A stretch of DNA of 64,000 nt from Albugo candida (taxonomy: Eukaryota). Under the pieces are notes generated by a model. That model made no database searches, was not told the origin of the DNA, and saw only the letters and a list, made by a program, of their open reading frames with translations. Positions 39,204 to 51,939 of this stretch are shown in pieces. The position numbers were made by a program, and so were the translations under genes. Each line of letters opens with the position of its first letter. Within the stretch, counting starts at the first letter, position 1. The stretch lies in the NCBI GenBank assembly GCA_040437565.1, contig JBDOQK010000020.1, positions 310,001 through 374,000 of the forward strand. Direction: 5' to 3'.

Positions 39204-39959
39204 GTGATGCGTATATTTACTGGATTATGAGTTGTCACAACAAACGTATGGGCTAGGTGGGTCCGGACCGTATTTAATGAGCTGTTCTCATGTGACACGA
39301 AAGGGTCTGGCCTCAACTCAACAGAGGAAGCGCTCATTACAAAGCCATCTGGATCGAGTGCGTTGTCCCAGAGACGTACACAGTAAGCAGGGTGTATCAC
39401 ACTGATTGACAGTATTTCTTTTGTCGTGGTGGTGTAGGCCGACTGCATTAAGCAATGTTGTCTGCATCTTCTGGACAGCCTAGGCAAATCAATTGTTTAG
39501 TTGTAGTGAATAGATAACTCCCAACTGAGAAGTTTTTTTACGATCTGATGATGTCTGATGCCTCAGGAATGCTACAAAAGTCATTGATAGCGCTATTTTT
39601 TTTAATCAGCCATTCAAAGTAAGTTGGGAATCTGCAACTGCTGTGGCTCTGCGCAGGGGTGGTATTGTAGCCAGACGTGCAAAGATGCAACTTGAGCACT
39701 ATTCGTCTACTCGGTCGAAACTTGATGCACCAAAGTATTAGTTGCTTATTTTAGGCTATCAGCGACAGCCATAGGCTCGTACGCTCAACTAACCAGCTCG
39801 TTTTAATTGGCATGACTTGAACGTCGCCTGAATTATTAATTACCAGGAGCTACAGCCGATCCACCATTTACGGTTCTAGGCACACGTTTTGATCCACGAT
39901 ATTTTTAGCTATCAGGCCGCCTACGCCGGTGCTCAACCCGACTCACCAATTTTTGTTGT

Positions 39960-41087
39960 TGTCATTTGTACGCACACGTTTCAAAATACCATTTTCGCTG
40001 TCAAGCTGACTACCCGGTGCTTTAGCCGCCATTGGCGTTGTTCTCATTTGCACGCGCACGTTTTTATCGACCGTTTTTCATGTCAGTATGAAAATAATCA
40101 TCAATGCGCTTGCGCCTGTGCACGGTGGTTGTTCCCAAACTCGCCGAATTAGCATTGGCTTTCCTTTTAGGAATGAAGTATACTTTGGGCCTGTTGGATG
40201 CACGGCATAGCGGGAATGTGCGCCGTGACAGGCCGCTTTCAGTATCTGTTTGGCCAGTTTGCATTCGTGTGTACGTGATGGTTTGCGAAGGATTCTTTTT
40301 AATAGCAGATGTCTTCACGTCACAATGAGGTCTGGCTCCCTTCAAGATAATCCAGCTGATCGAATCTCGCTTATTCTACCGCGTCCGCACCCACCATCTG
40401 TGCCGCCGCCGAGTACCCAGTACTTCAGTCGATTCACTATTCACGTTGTTAGCGTTTCTACGCACATGTTCTGATTCATGATTTTCCTTCATAGGAAAAG
40501 GAAGCGGATGGGCTTTTGACAATCCGCTTTCAGTCACTGTTTGGTTAGTTTGAATTCGTGTGGCGGTAGTCGTTTGCGGAGGTTTTCTCATAGTGGACGG
40601 AGTCTCGCCAGACTCACTACTTATTTTCTGGATTACGGGTATGACTCTCTTCTTTCGGGTTGCTACTAATGAAGTCGCAGTTGCAGTGGATGTCGTGAAA
40701 GCATACATTGAGTGCATTTTCCCTCGTGCTAACTTGAATATTTTCTTGATTGAGGTTCCGGCTGTCTACAACCTAGGTACCACTTCCTCGTCATTAAAAG
40801 TCTTCAAAAGGTATTAATTGCTTCCTTGAATTTAGTACCTGATTTATTGTTGGAGGACTTTCCTGTGCTCCCAATTGAGCAAGTGTGGTCACGATTTGGT
40901 TGGAGACTTCTTTGTGCTTGAGAATGAGCTGATGTAACCTCATCGGGGAGTTCACGTCGTATTTGATTGTATGGTTACAGTGGCTGAGAAGACGCTGCAA
41001 TCGTGGAATAATCCACATGTTGGAATGCTACTATGATGACAATGGTAAGAAAAGTGCCGTGATCTGCTTCTTAGGCCGTGCCATCAT
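39960..41087 (-). pseudogene. Pseudogene of the RxLQ secreted family (member 2)
   Basis: Colinear with the 44680 gene (MMARPKKQITALFLP...QRSLQ). It has a 1-nt deletion in the signal peptide, a TCA>TAA stop and further frameshifts. 3' end approximate. Confidence 0.8.
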
Positions 41088-41255
41088 CGTCTGCGATTAC
41101 GTGATTCCGACTTTACTCACAAATAGTAGTTTAGAAATTTGCTTGACGTGTCTTAATACTATTCTTTGATACGTAGCTGTACTTATGCAAATACCCTCAT
41201 GCACGAAGCTGACAATTCTAGCCAGCAGGTCAAAGCTCAGAGACCCTGGAAATTC

Positions 41256-41278
41256 CTCATGCAACCGCATCAGCAGGT
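41256..41278. promoter_or_regulatory. Conserved palindromic upstream motif, copy 2 (CTCATGC-aacc-GCATCAG-CAGGT)
   Basis: 169 nt upstream of the pseudogene ATG. Confidence 0.45.
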
Positions 41279-41868
41279 ATTTTCTGGTCTATGGTAAATC
41301 GACAGGTGTCGTAGGTGTCGTATTCGACGTGCAGCATCATCAAATACAGTTTGGTTGTGCGGCTTATTACATAGCAGATTCACGACCGATTGCAAAGTTG
41401 CTTGCAAAATATGGTGAACACGCAGTAAATTATCTGCAAGCACTTTTACCTCCTCGGAATCTCGCTGAGCACGCATGGGGACTAAACGCACCTGCATTCT
41501 CTCATTTATATTCCTCTAGATACAAACATCACATGATCAAGCTCGAAGTAGAGTAATGTCGAAATACATAGAGAATTCGGTGGCCACATTCAAAACAGAG
41601 CGTCAAATGTTGAATATGTCGGCTATTTGCTGCTCAGTAGATCGAATAACTCAAGCAAAAAGAAGTATCTTTAAACAGGATATTGTCCATATTCCACTTT
41701 GTGTCGTGATTGTCGAAAGGCGTAGAAACTGATAATGGCAATCCGTTGATTGTAAATTTCTGTCGAATCCAGATTTGTGGTAAGTATGTGTAAAATTGCT
41801 GGGTAGCTTTTCAGATACAGTTGGGATAGCGGTGTTGATAATCAGCAACCCTTCTATTCAAGCAGCAG

Positions 41869-44680
41869 CTATTGTTGCGGAGATAATTTGTTGCTTCTTC
41901 CTGTTGAATCTTCGTCTACGGGCTTAGAATCTGTGATTTCTTCTTTTCTTGATTGATCCGGACGCTCGTATTTGAGCAGTTTTGTGCCACGTGCTGTTTC
42001 AGAAAAAGTAAATCCTCCAACACTATTCGCAATCAGTCCCCTCATCTCCAAGTCGTTTCTTGCGTCGGCATTTAATTTTGCATCTGCTCCCGATGGATCG
42101 GGCCGCCCTTGGAGCCGTTGGTTGATTGCTGCCCGCTCGATATTGTAATCGAGTTCAAATGTTTCAGGATCCTCTGTGGCTTCAGTATGGCGCCTCGCGA
42201 ACATGATTTGAAATCCATTGTACACTGCAGGTGTTTGAGGATCAATATCGTTAGTGGCCGCGGATTTCTTGTCATAATATGTCTCCAAGCGGTCAATTTC
42301 TTCCTTATTTTGCTCTCTTAGTTGTTTGATGATTGGCTCAACTAATTTTAAATCGGCCGGTGTAGGCAACGATTGTCCTGTTAAGCTCCCTGATGGAGAA
42401 GCAGTCTTTGAATTTATCCCACGCTGTGTACCAGAAGAACTTGAACCTGACGCAAGGCTTTGGCCAGTCTTCATTTTGGAATTGGAAGTCGTTTGAGAAG
42501 TAATTCTTTCAGCGGATGTCGTCTCACCGGTGTCGTCACCACGACCCGTGATTTTCTCCATTTCGGATGTGACTCCCTTCTTTGCGATCGTGGATGATTG
42601 CGTTGCAGCAGTATTGGTGGACTGTGAGATCGGTCGCACTTTATCTATGACTGAGGTGCTCGCCTTTAAAGCATTGTCCCTAATTGAAACTCCCACTTTC
42701 TTCAATCCAAAGACCACTTCGTCGTTATAAAATGTCTTCAACTTATCGATGATTGTAACTTTCTTAAATGTGACTTTCTTCTTTTTGGTCGTGCCTGATG
42801 TCGTTGCAGCACTATTGGGGGTCCGCAAAAACGATCGCACTTCGTCTTTGCCTGAAGTGCTTGCCTTTAAAGAATTGTCGTTAATTGAGGCTGAATTCGC
42901 CGATTGAGGCAACGATTGTCCTGTTAAGCTCCCTGATGGAGAAGCAGTCTTTGAATTTATCCCACGCTGTGTACCAGAAGAACTTGAACCTGACGCAAGG
43001 CTTTGGCCACTCTTCATTTGTGAATTGGAAGTTGTTTCATCGGAAGTCGTCTCACCAGTTTCGCCACGACGACCCCTGATTCTCTCCATTCCGGATATGA
43101 CACCCTTCTTTGCGGTCGTGGCTAATGTCGTTGCAGCAGTCTTGGTGGACTGTAAGATCGGTCGCACTTTGTCTTTGACTAAGGTGCTCAACACTCCCGC
43201 TTTCTTCAATCTAGGGACCACTTTCTTTTTATAAAATGTCTTCATCCGATCAATTCCTTCCTTATATTGCTTGCTTAGCTTGGTGGTGATTCCGTTGCCT
43301 GTTCTTGGATTCGCTGATTCAGGCAACGATTGTCCTGTTAAGCTCCCTGATGGAGAAGCAGTCTTTGAATTTATCCCACGCTGTGTACCAGAAGAACTTG
43401 AACCTGACGCAAGGCTTTGGCCACTCTTCATTTGTGAATTGGAAGTTGTTTCATCGGAAGTCGTCTCACCAGTTTCGCCACGACGACCCCTGATTCTCTC
43501 CATTCCGGATATGACACCCTTCTNNNNNNNNNNNNNNNNNNNNNNNNNNNNNNNNNNNNNNNNNNNNNNNNNNNNNNNNNNNNNNNNNNNNNNNNNNNNN
43601 NNNNNNNNNNNNNNNNNNNNNNNGAGCCTCGCTTATTCTACTGCGTTCGCTCCCACGATCTGTGCCGCCAAGCCGAGTAGTCAACACTTCACTCGATCCA
43701 CTGTTACCGTTGTTAGCGTTTGCACGCAAAGGTTCTGATTTAAAATTCTTCTTAGGAGGTTGAGGAAGCGGATGAACGGGATGGGACAAGGAGCCTTTTG
43801 CTATTCCGCTTCCAGTCTTCCCTTGATCAGTTTGCGTTCGTGTGTTGGTAGTCGTTTGCGAAGGGTTTACTTTATCAGATGTCTTCACGGCACCGTGAGT
43901 TTTGGCTCCCTCTTCGGACAATTCAGCAGATCGAGCCTCGCTTATTCTACTGCGTTCGCTCTCACGATATGTGCCGCCAAGCCGAGTAGTCAACACTTTA
44001 CTCGTTTCACTGTTTCCGTAGTTAGCGTTTCTACGCAAAGGTTTTGATTGATAATTCTCCTTAGAAGGTTGAGGAAGCGGATAAACGGGATGGGACAAGG
44101 AGCCTTTTGCCATTCCGCTTCCAGTCTTCGTTTGGTCAGCTTGCGTTCGTGTGTTGGTAGTCGGCTGCGGTGGATTTCTTACATTGGCCGTATTCTCCTT
44201 AGATTCGCTACCACGGCCCCTCATTCTTTGGATTACGGATATTACTCTCTTCTTTCCGGTTGCTGCTAATGAAGTTGCAGTGGATGTCGTGAGAGCATAC
44301 ATTGATTGTATTTTCCCTTTTGCCAACTTGAACATTTTCTTGATTGAGGATCCCGTTGTCTTCAACCTAGGCACCACGTTCTTGTCATTGAAAGTCTTTA
44401 AGGTATTCATTCCTCGGTTGAATTTAGTGCTTAATTTATTGTTGAAGAACTTTCCTGTACTCCTGGTTGAGCGAGTTTGGTCACGACTTGGTTGGAGACC
44501 TCTTTTTTCTTGAAAATGCACTCGTGTAACCTCATTTGCGAGTTCACGTCGTATTTGATTGTATGGTGACACCGACTGAGAAGACGCTGCAATCGTGGAA
44601 TAATGCGCATGTTGGAATTCTACTAAGATGACAAATGGGAATAGAAATGCCGTGATTTGCTTCTTAGACCGTGCCATCAT
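41869..44680 (-). CDS. Large repeat-containing secreted RxLQ-type candidate effector (member 3), spanning a gap; possibly two genes
   Basis: MMARSKKQITAFLFPFVILVEF signal-like start, KRGLQ near residue 60. Both sides of the gap are open frames sharing the LKTF...VVPRLK...KK.VIS...R.RGR module. Confidence 0.7.
42364..44165. repeat. Coding tandem repeats: ~100-bp core at 42364, 42907 and 43321 (414-bp period for the last two); ~300-bp-period repeat at 43624 and 43933
   Basis: Identical aggcaacgattgtcctgttaagctcc...ggctttggcca in three copies; gagcctcgcttattctactgcgttcgctc... in two copies. Confidence 0.9.
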
Positions 44681-44815
44681 CGCTGCTTTTACGTAATTCC
44701 GACTTTACTTTCAATGCTGTTCTTTGACACGTGGTTTTACTTTTACAGATACCCCCTTCACAAAGCTGGCACTTCTTTTTGCCAGCAAGTCAAAGGTCGG
44801 ATACCCTGCAAATTT

Positions 44816-44838
44816 CTCATGCCACCGCATGAGCAGGT
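44816..44838. promoter_or_regulatory. Conserved palindromic upstream motif, copy 3 (perfect CTCATGC-cacc-GCATGAG, then CAGGT)
   Basis: 136 nt upstream of the ATG at 44680; perfect 7-bp inverted repeat. Confidence 0.5.
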
Positions 44839-46443
44839 ATTATCTGGTCATAGTTTGGCAGATCGACGGGTGTCGCTGGTGTTGTGCAGCATGCTGATGT
44901 ATCGACAAGCCACGAATTAGTGAAGAATTCGATGCAGCAACATCTATCAGCAGGTCCAAGCTCGGACTTGGAAAATGGTAGAATTCCGCAGTATAAAAGA
45001 TTGCCCAAATTATACCTCCCATACATTGCGCTGATGGGTCACATAGGCATTGAGCCAAATTTTATCTCACTTTGATCATGAATTTCGCAGCCTGGTGTCT
45101 TGCTCCAGTACTGTCTCCAATAATCAAAAGAGAATACTATCCTATGGAGCTCGTTGCTGGATTCAAACACTTCCTTTTTACTTGCAATTATCAAACACTG
45201 CGCATGCCACAGTCAAGAACAATTGGCATTGACTGCTCTATTATTGATCAATTGTTAGCGAAGCTTCGTCGTACATTGTAGCTCCAGCGAAATCAGCAGG
45301 CCAAATGATTAGAATTTACCCACCAAAATCAGCAACCGGATGTCACTAGAAGTCATGCGGTGCAGTGATATTCTGGTGGAGCCTGAGAGATTCGCTTAAG
45401 CAAGCGTCAACCTAAAGAATCAAACATTAAGTCCGAAGATATCATTAGACAGGAGAACATGTCTTTCAAATTGTGCCACCTTTGACAACCTGACGTTAGG
45501 AGGGTAGATCTGTTGCTACGGATGCTCTTGCTTTAGATTTACCAGCTAGCAAGAAAATATTGGTACGTCTCCACTCAAAGACACCTGAAACATGGTTGCG
45601 AACAATTTGCATCATCATTTCACATCAAGCCCCTCATGATTCTCACCCCAATTGAATGGTTTCTAGCAAGGAAAGGTGCGTATTGCTGCAGATTCAATGA
45701 TTATGGTGATAGGGACACTCTTACTTTGTGAATCAACTGCAGAGGAAGTAGCATCACTTGCAGCTGCAAGAGATTACTAGCTCCGACTAAAGAAAACCTA
45801 CGACAGCTTACAACGAGCACCAGACCAGTAGCAGTCTTATCTGTCAATCGGAAAACCCAAGTACTCCCACAAAGACCGAAAGCGTTACAATGAAGGGCCA
45901 CAATCCAAGGAGAAACCCTGACGGACTTGTAACTATACTTATCTTACTTTGTAGAATTTACATACATACATTTTGCGATGGTACGCGTGCAATTACAAGA
46001 CTTTTCTTTTCTTTCCCATACCACATCCATTAGAATAGCCCACCTTATAACCTTCTCTTTAATTTTAAACAAATAACCAAATCGATTCAGCAGTTCGCGG
46101 CCATCGTTTTCTATATACCTCGTTGTCATCCTACTTTGTAGCTGGAGGTAGGAGAGAAAAGGTTGCTTTCGCATTGCAATCAGGGTATCACTGCAGGTGA
46201 ATGTATTACTTCTAGGAATATGTCTATATTGGCAAGCGTGATGCAAGAAAGACAGAGCTTAGACCAAAATATGGATTGATCCAAAAGACATGAAGTGTTA
46301 TAGAAAACACATGGAAGCCGTTGATGGTGCAACTACTTAACGGTCTGGCCTTTAAGTGACTCCATCTCGAAGCTAGCAACGCATCGAGGGTAGGAGAAAT
46401 TTGATCTGCCTCTCAGTTTGATTTACGAGTCACCGACAGCTAC

Positions 46444-49400
46444 TGTGACTGTAGTCGGTCCTCCCTATTGATCTCCGCTATTATCAATCCAAAAGATCTC
46501 TGTGTTAGGTTTCTTTTTATCCCTACCGTACTTGATCTATTTCACTTCGTACGAGACACAAGGAATTCAGATCCCATCACTTCCCCTTCTTCCGTTGCGC
46601 GTCGTCATAGACTGTCACATCTCTTCAGCTCCGGGATTGTCTTTGACCCACCGTGACAGCAGGACCGGAACATCTTCATGCATTATAACAGCGGGCTCCC
46701 AGCTGTTTTCCGCGCTATCTAGTTCGATCCATTCGACCAAGATTTCCCATGTCTATGTATCGCGATTGATACGGCACTCCAAGAATCGTTTCACAGATGC
46801 CCGCCATTCGCGAACACGATATGATCCTTTAGGTCCTGCGTAACTTCCAAATAACCTTCTTTGTAAAGCCGTAGGCGCGAAGCATGACGCGCGTGAACAT
46901 CGTAGGGTTCCATTAGTTCCTGATACACCCAATCGTTTAATGTAGACACCACACGGTATGGTCCTTTCCACCGTAGGACCAATTTGTTTGCGTGCTTCAT
47001 GACTTGACCGGATAGGACAAAATCACCAATTTCAAAATTAATACATATGACGCCCTTTTTTTCGGCTATGACGGCGTCTTGCTGCCTCATTCTTTTGTTT
47101 TGCAGCCTCAGATAACGCCTGATGCATATGTGCCAATGTATCTTGAAGGGTTTGGATAGAGTCTTGCTGTTTGGTAGTCAACTCTAGCGCGGTCATAGAG
47201 TCCAAATTGTTCCATGCCGCCGGCCGATATAACACGCTGACCGGATCTCCTGCTGGAAGGGCCGTAAACCCCGTAACCGGTGCGTACCCATTCAATCGAG
47301 CCGATGGTAGTTGATTTACAGACGATTGACAGAGCGGCAACAAACTGGGCCACTCTGCAATCCTCAGCTTCCTCTCGCTCAAAAGACATCGCATTATCTT
47401 GAGTAACTGACGGTTTAGTACTTCGAACGACCCATTCGCCCACGGACAATACGCCGTCACGAAATGATGTTTCATGCGTAGGATTTTTGACAATTTCGAT
47501 ATAACTTCATTCTTGAAATCTGACCCTCTATCGGATACCCAGACCGAGACCGCGCCATACCGTTTAAACCAATCCAATATTGCTGCCACGGTGACATCCG
47601 TGTTGGCCACCACACTAGGAATAAACTCACAAAACCCGCTCATTCCATCCTTAAATACGAGCACATAACGATATCCTCCACTGCCTGCAGGCATGGATAG
47701 AGAATCGAAATGTAAGATTTCGTTCGTTTTGGTTGCTCTCAGAGTCTCTCCAAATGGGCGAGGACATCTCCCTCCTCGCGCTGAAAGACAGTGTAGACAT
47801 CGAAGCACGAATTCTTTCACGTCACGATTCATCGAGCTCCATGTGACATGCTTTGACAATATCTGGAATGTCGTCGCGACACCACGATGACCTGCAGAAC
47901 CCGCATGTACCACAATACACAAGCGTTGCTGAATTGTGACGGCACTATCAGGAATCCATATTCGATTTTCCGTATCTACCAAGACACCACGTTCCTTGTC
48001 TGTCGTTAATTTTGGGATTTCTAAACGGCTGCGTTCCTGCGAAGCGGATTGTACCAGCTTAATTTCGTCCAACGACGGCCACTCGAAAGCAGTATCTTCC
48101 AGCGGTGTTACTTTTTGTTCAACAGCCAGAGCATAGCATTTGGTGGTACTCTGTTTCGTTTTTTGATTTGGCGATCCCCAACGGGAAAGCATATCGCCCC
48201 AGACATTTTCATCCCCAGATACATACTCAATCACATAACGAGAAGTTTGCAAGACCATTGCCCATCGTTGAAGCTTGTCTGCTTTATATCTTGCAATGTT
48301 TGTATCCACGCTGTCTGGATCGAAAATGAATTTTAGATTTCGATGATTAGTGAATAGATGGAAACCCCGCTCTCTTAGAGAATATACTCAAATCGTTTAC
48401 ACGTCTCCACAATGACAAAAGCTTCCTTCTCCACTATTGCCCATCGTGCTGCAGCTCCCTTGAACTATCCACTTATAAATGCGAGTGGTACATGTACTTG
48501 CTCGCTGAGGGGATTATCCAACTCACCGGGCCTCACTTGAGTAACAATAGCTCCCCAGTAATCTTGAGAGGCGTCCGTATCGACACAGACCTCCTAGTCC
48601 TCTTTCGGGTGTGCTATCGGTGCCATCGCTCAGAGTGCGTCCTTGATCAATTGAAAACATTGGTCGTGCGATGGCCCCCATTCATGGTCATCTAATCGGA
48701 CTTGCACCAGCTTTCTCTTCTTTCTGCTCCCCGCCGCTTTCATGGTCTTCTCCAACAAATCATGGAGGGTTTGTACCAGCGCCGAGTAGTTTGCTATATT
48801 ATTCCGCATTTGATTTACCGCAGAGAGAAATTGCTGAAGGTCTGCAGCCGTGCCTGGTCGTCCCATTTCGCATTATCCTTGAATCCGCTCGGCACAATGG
48901 CTCACTCCCTTTCCAGAAATTGTCTTTCCGCACACAACGTTTCAAAAGAGAGAAAACAGCATTTTTTTGGATGTAGCTTCACTCCAAATTCTTCACATCG
49001 ACTAAGAACGATTTCCAAAACATCAAGAAGCCTTGTTTCTGATTCAGCATAACCGAAAACGTCGTGCAGCCATACTTGAACACCCTGATTTAAAACGGGT
49101 TTCAACACTCGCTCCGCAACCTGCTGTGCAAAAGCTACAGCATCTGTTGAGCCCATAATAACACGATTTCCCGTATAAAGTCCTTCCGGTGTGACAACAG
49201 TAAAATAATCACGACTGCTTTCATCTAGCGGTAGTTGCAAGTAGAGACGAAAACAATCCAGCGAAAAGTAAAAGCGTGATCCATCGAGACTCGCGATAAC
49301 CACTTCCAAATGTGGCATGGGCCACGCCATCGGTATTGTTAGAGCATTGGCTGCACGCAAGTCCACCGTCATTCGATAGCTTCCGATATCTTTCTTTGCT

Positions 49401-51939
49401 AAACTTCGAGCCACGCTACCCCATCTTGAGTCGGGATTTCAGGTTATGCTCTTCCAGACTGGATATATGCTCCTTTAAGAAATCTCGATGTAAAGGCGTA
49501 AAGCGTCTAGATCTCGCCATCACTGGTTTAGTACCTTCCTTTATCTGTACGTTAAGGGGAGGAACTTTGACTGGGGGATCTGCTGCGACCTCCACCCGAA
49601 AAGATCCTGATACCGATAGAGTAATGATGTCAGTCGTGAAAGTGATTCTTCCTTCGCGCCATTTTCTCTTGCTTCTACGACTTTTGACTCAAGAATTTCT
49701 TTAACAGCATCTCTTTGGGCCTCCGCCTTGACCACCTCCGGTAGCATCATAAAGTTTTCTCTCTCATCAAAGTCGATGCTGTCGTTGGCATAGCACGCTT
49801 CGTCGCATTTCTCCAATACATGACACGAAGGGGTACTGCCTCCCGTACTGTCTTCGATCCCCGAAGCGTCCCAAATTCGTTTTCGCTGTCTTGCTGCTCC
49901 CAGTATAGCCTCGGCGGAATATCCCATCAGCTCCATCATGCCACGATCGATCAATAACGTCAACGATTTGTCGCTTTCGTTTACCATCACCTCCAGATTT
50001 CTCCAGATTAAAGGTCCACTCGACGTGGGAAATTCTACGCAATCCAAAATTACTCGACGCTTTATCCATATCGTCGTGTCTCCGAGCGTATTTATCTTCA
50101 TTGGCGTGGTGTATTGACTCACACGGACAAATGCCTTCGATTCTAACACGTCCACCAATCCCGCGGATACTATTCTTCAATCCGAGCCAGAGTCCAATAG
50201 AGTACATACATTTTGTATTCCATCCACGGTAGCGAAGAACTCCCCCTTTTCTTTCAGTAGAGCAGCTTTCTTCACATTCGGTGCTTTCGCGTAATATTCT
50301 TCACGATTGTTTTGTCGGTTCCTTAAGAGAGCTTCCGCTTCGCCTGGTGCGCACCGCGAGCATCTTCTGACCGAATGATCCGTGCTTTTACACTTCAAAC
50401 ATTGAAATCTGTTCCGCGGCGGACCAGATTGCAACATTCGTTTCCCCTTTTCCTCTTCTTTCGTCCTTTGCTTCTGGACAGGCACACGTCGTTGTTGAGC
50501 AGAAGACAATCGTGTTTTTGTTGCTGCAACATTCCGTATCGACTCCACACGGGTTGCCTCAAGCTCCCATTCCATGAAACTTCTCAATTGTCCTAGACAC
50601 CACTGGTTGAACGCCACCGGATTCTTCTTCAGATCTTTATTCGTGTCCATATTCAGCTTCTCTTAAATTCCCGTGGATTGAAGTACGCACAAGTTGCACT
50701 TCTGCAAATAGACTGCGGTTTATTATATAAATATATTCCATGCATTTATTCCTTGTCATTCTAACCTTGTAACTTGATTTCACTTCCATTACATCTCTAC
50801 ATACTATACACTAATACAACGAGTCCATCCACCTTCAACCATCCAATTCACGATCCTCTTTGCATCCACCTGCTCCACATAATGTTGCAGACCCTCCTCC
50901 TCCAATACGCGATAGCTTTGATTTCGGAGCCGCGACATACGAGATCCAGCATCTATTAATCGCGTGTCCATCTTGAACTTTGTCATCATTTCATCCATCT
51001 TGCCCAGCTCGAAGGAATCTGTTGTAATAGCTTCTGTGAAGTAGTTTATCCAATCCTCTTCGACTACATCTTCCGGTTGTTTACACATTTCGAATTTTAC
51101 GATCTGAGCACGTGTCCAAGCATCCACGCACGCTGACACCGGCATCACAAAGGGCTTGTTCTGACACGTCTCATACGCGAGCAATGTATTGTAGTACGAT
51201 TGGTATTTTTTCACAAATTCCCGCCTATCNNNNNNNNNNNNNNNNNNNNNNNNNNNNNNNNNNNNNNNNNNNNNNNNNNNNNNNNNNNNNNNNNNNNNNN
51301 NNNNNNNNNNNNNNNNNNNNNNNNNNNNNTTGTTTACACATTTCGAATTTTACGATCTGAGCACGTGTCCAAGCATCCACGCACGCTGACACCGGCATCA
51401 CAAAGGGCTTGTTCTGACACGTCTCATACGCGAGCAATGTATTGTAGTACGATTGGTATTTTTTCACAAATTCCCGCCTATCCCGCGACGTCTCTCCGGT
51501 GTAGATCGGATGCTTTGGCAATTGCGGCGCATTTGAGATGCGATTATCTCCCGACAGAACCATCGTATCCACATCCCCTGTCAATCGTCGCACCCGTTCC
51601 TCCGTCAAATTTCCAACTGAACAGGTCCTTCTGGGTCTATTCGTCTTCGTTCCGCACGCACCCTCATCCTCTCTGGATCCGACGCTATAGCTTCGAGCTC
51701 CGCGTACATGGAGTCGTTGCTCATCGTCCAACCTCGAGCACAGTTGAACTAAAGTTAAGTTAGATCTGTCTTTCAGTTCGATCTACAAGTCACAGACGGC
51801 TTCTGTGACTGTAGTCGGTCCTCCGTATTGATCTCCGCTATTATCATTCCAAAAGATCTCTGTATTAGCTTCTTTTTTATCACTACCGTACTTAACCTAT
51901 TTCACTTCGTACGAGACACAAGGGATTCAGATCCCATCA
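46444..51939 (-). mobile_element. Degenerate Ty3/Gypsy LTR retrotransposon with chromodomain (chromovirus)
   Basis: 136-bp TG...CA LTRs at 46444-46579 and 51804-51939 (10 mismatches), PPT at 46580-46593. Order is gag (CLKCKSTDHSVRRC), protease (LLDSGSD), RT (YRMTVDLR; WLHD instead of xxDD), RNase H, integrase (HxxxxxH, CLHC, SDRG, GPY), chromodomain (ILVEW...ENSWEP). Many frameshifts and stops. Confidence 0.92.
50679..50827. mobile_element. AT-rich ~150-bp insertion inside gag (solo-LTR-like, TG...CA)
   Basis: Interrupts ...NWMVEG / PREFKR..., contains TATATAAATA. No clean 5-bp TSD. Confidence 0.5.

Noticed and set aside
42364-43523. CRISPR-like or non-coding repeat array
   Set aside because: The repeats are long, in frame within a eukaryotic ORF, and have no repeat-spacer structure.
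45380-46400. Coding-like or LTR-like fragments upstream of the Gypsy element
   Set aside because: No frame without stops and no recognisable motif or paired LTR.
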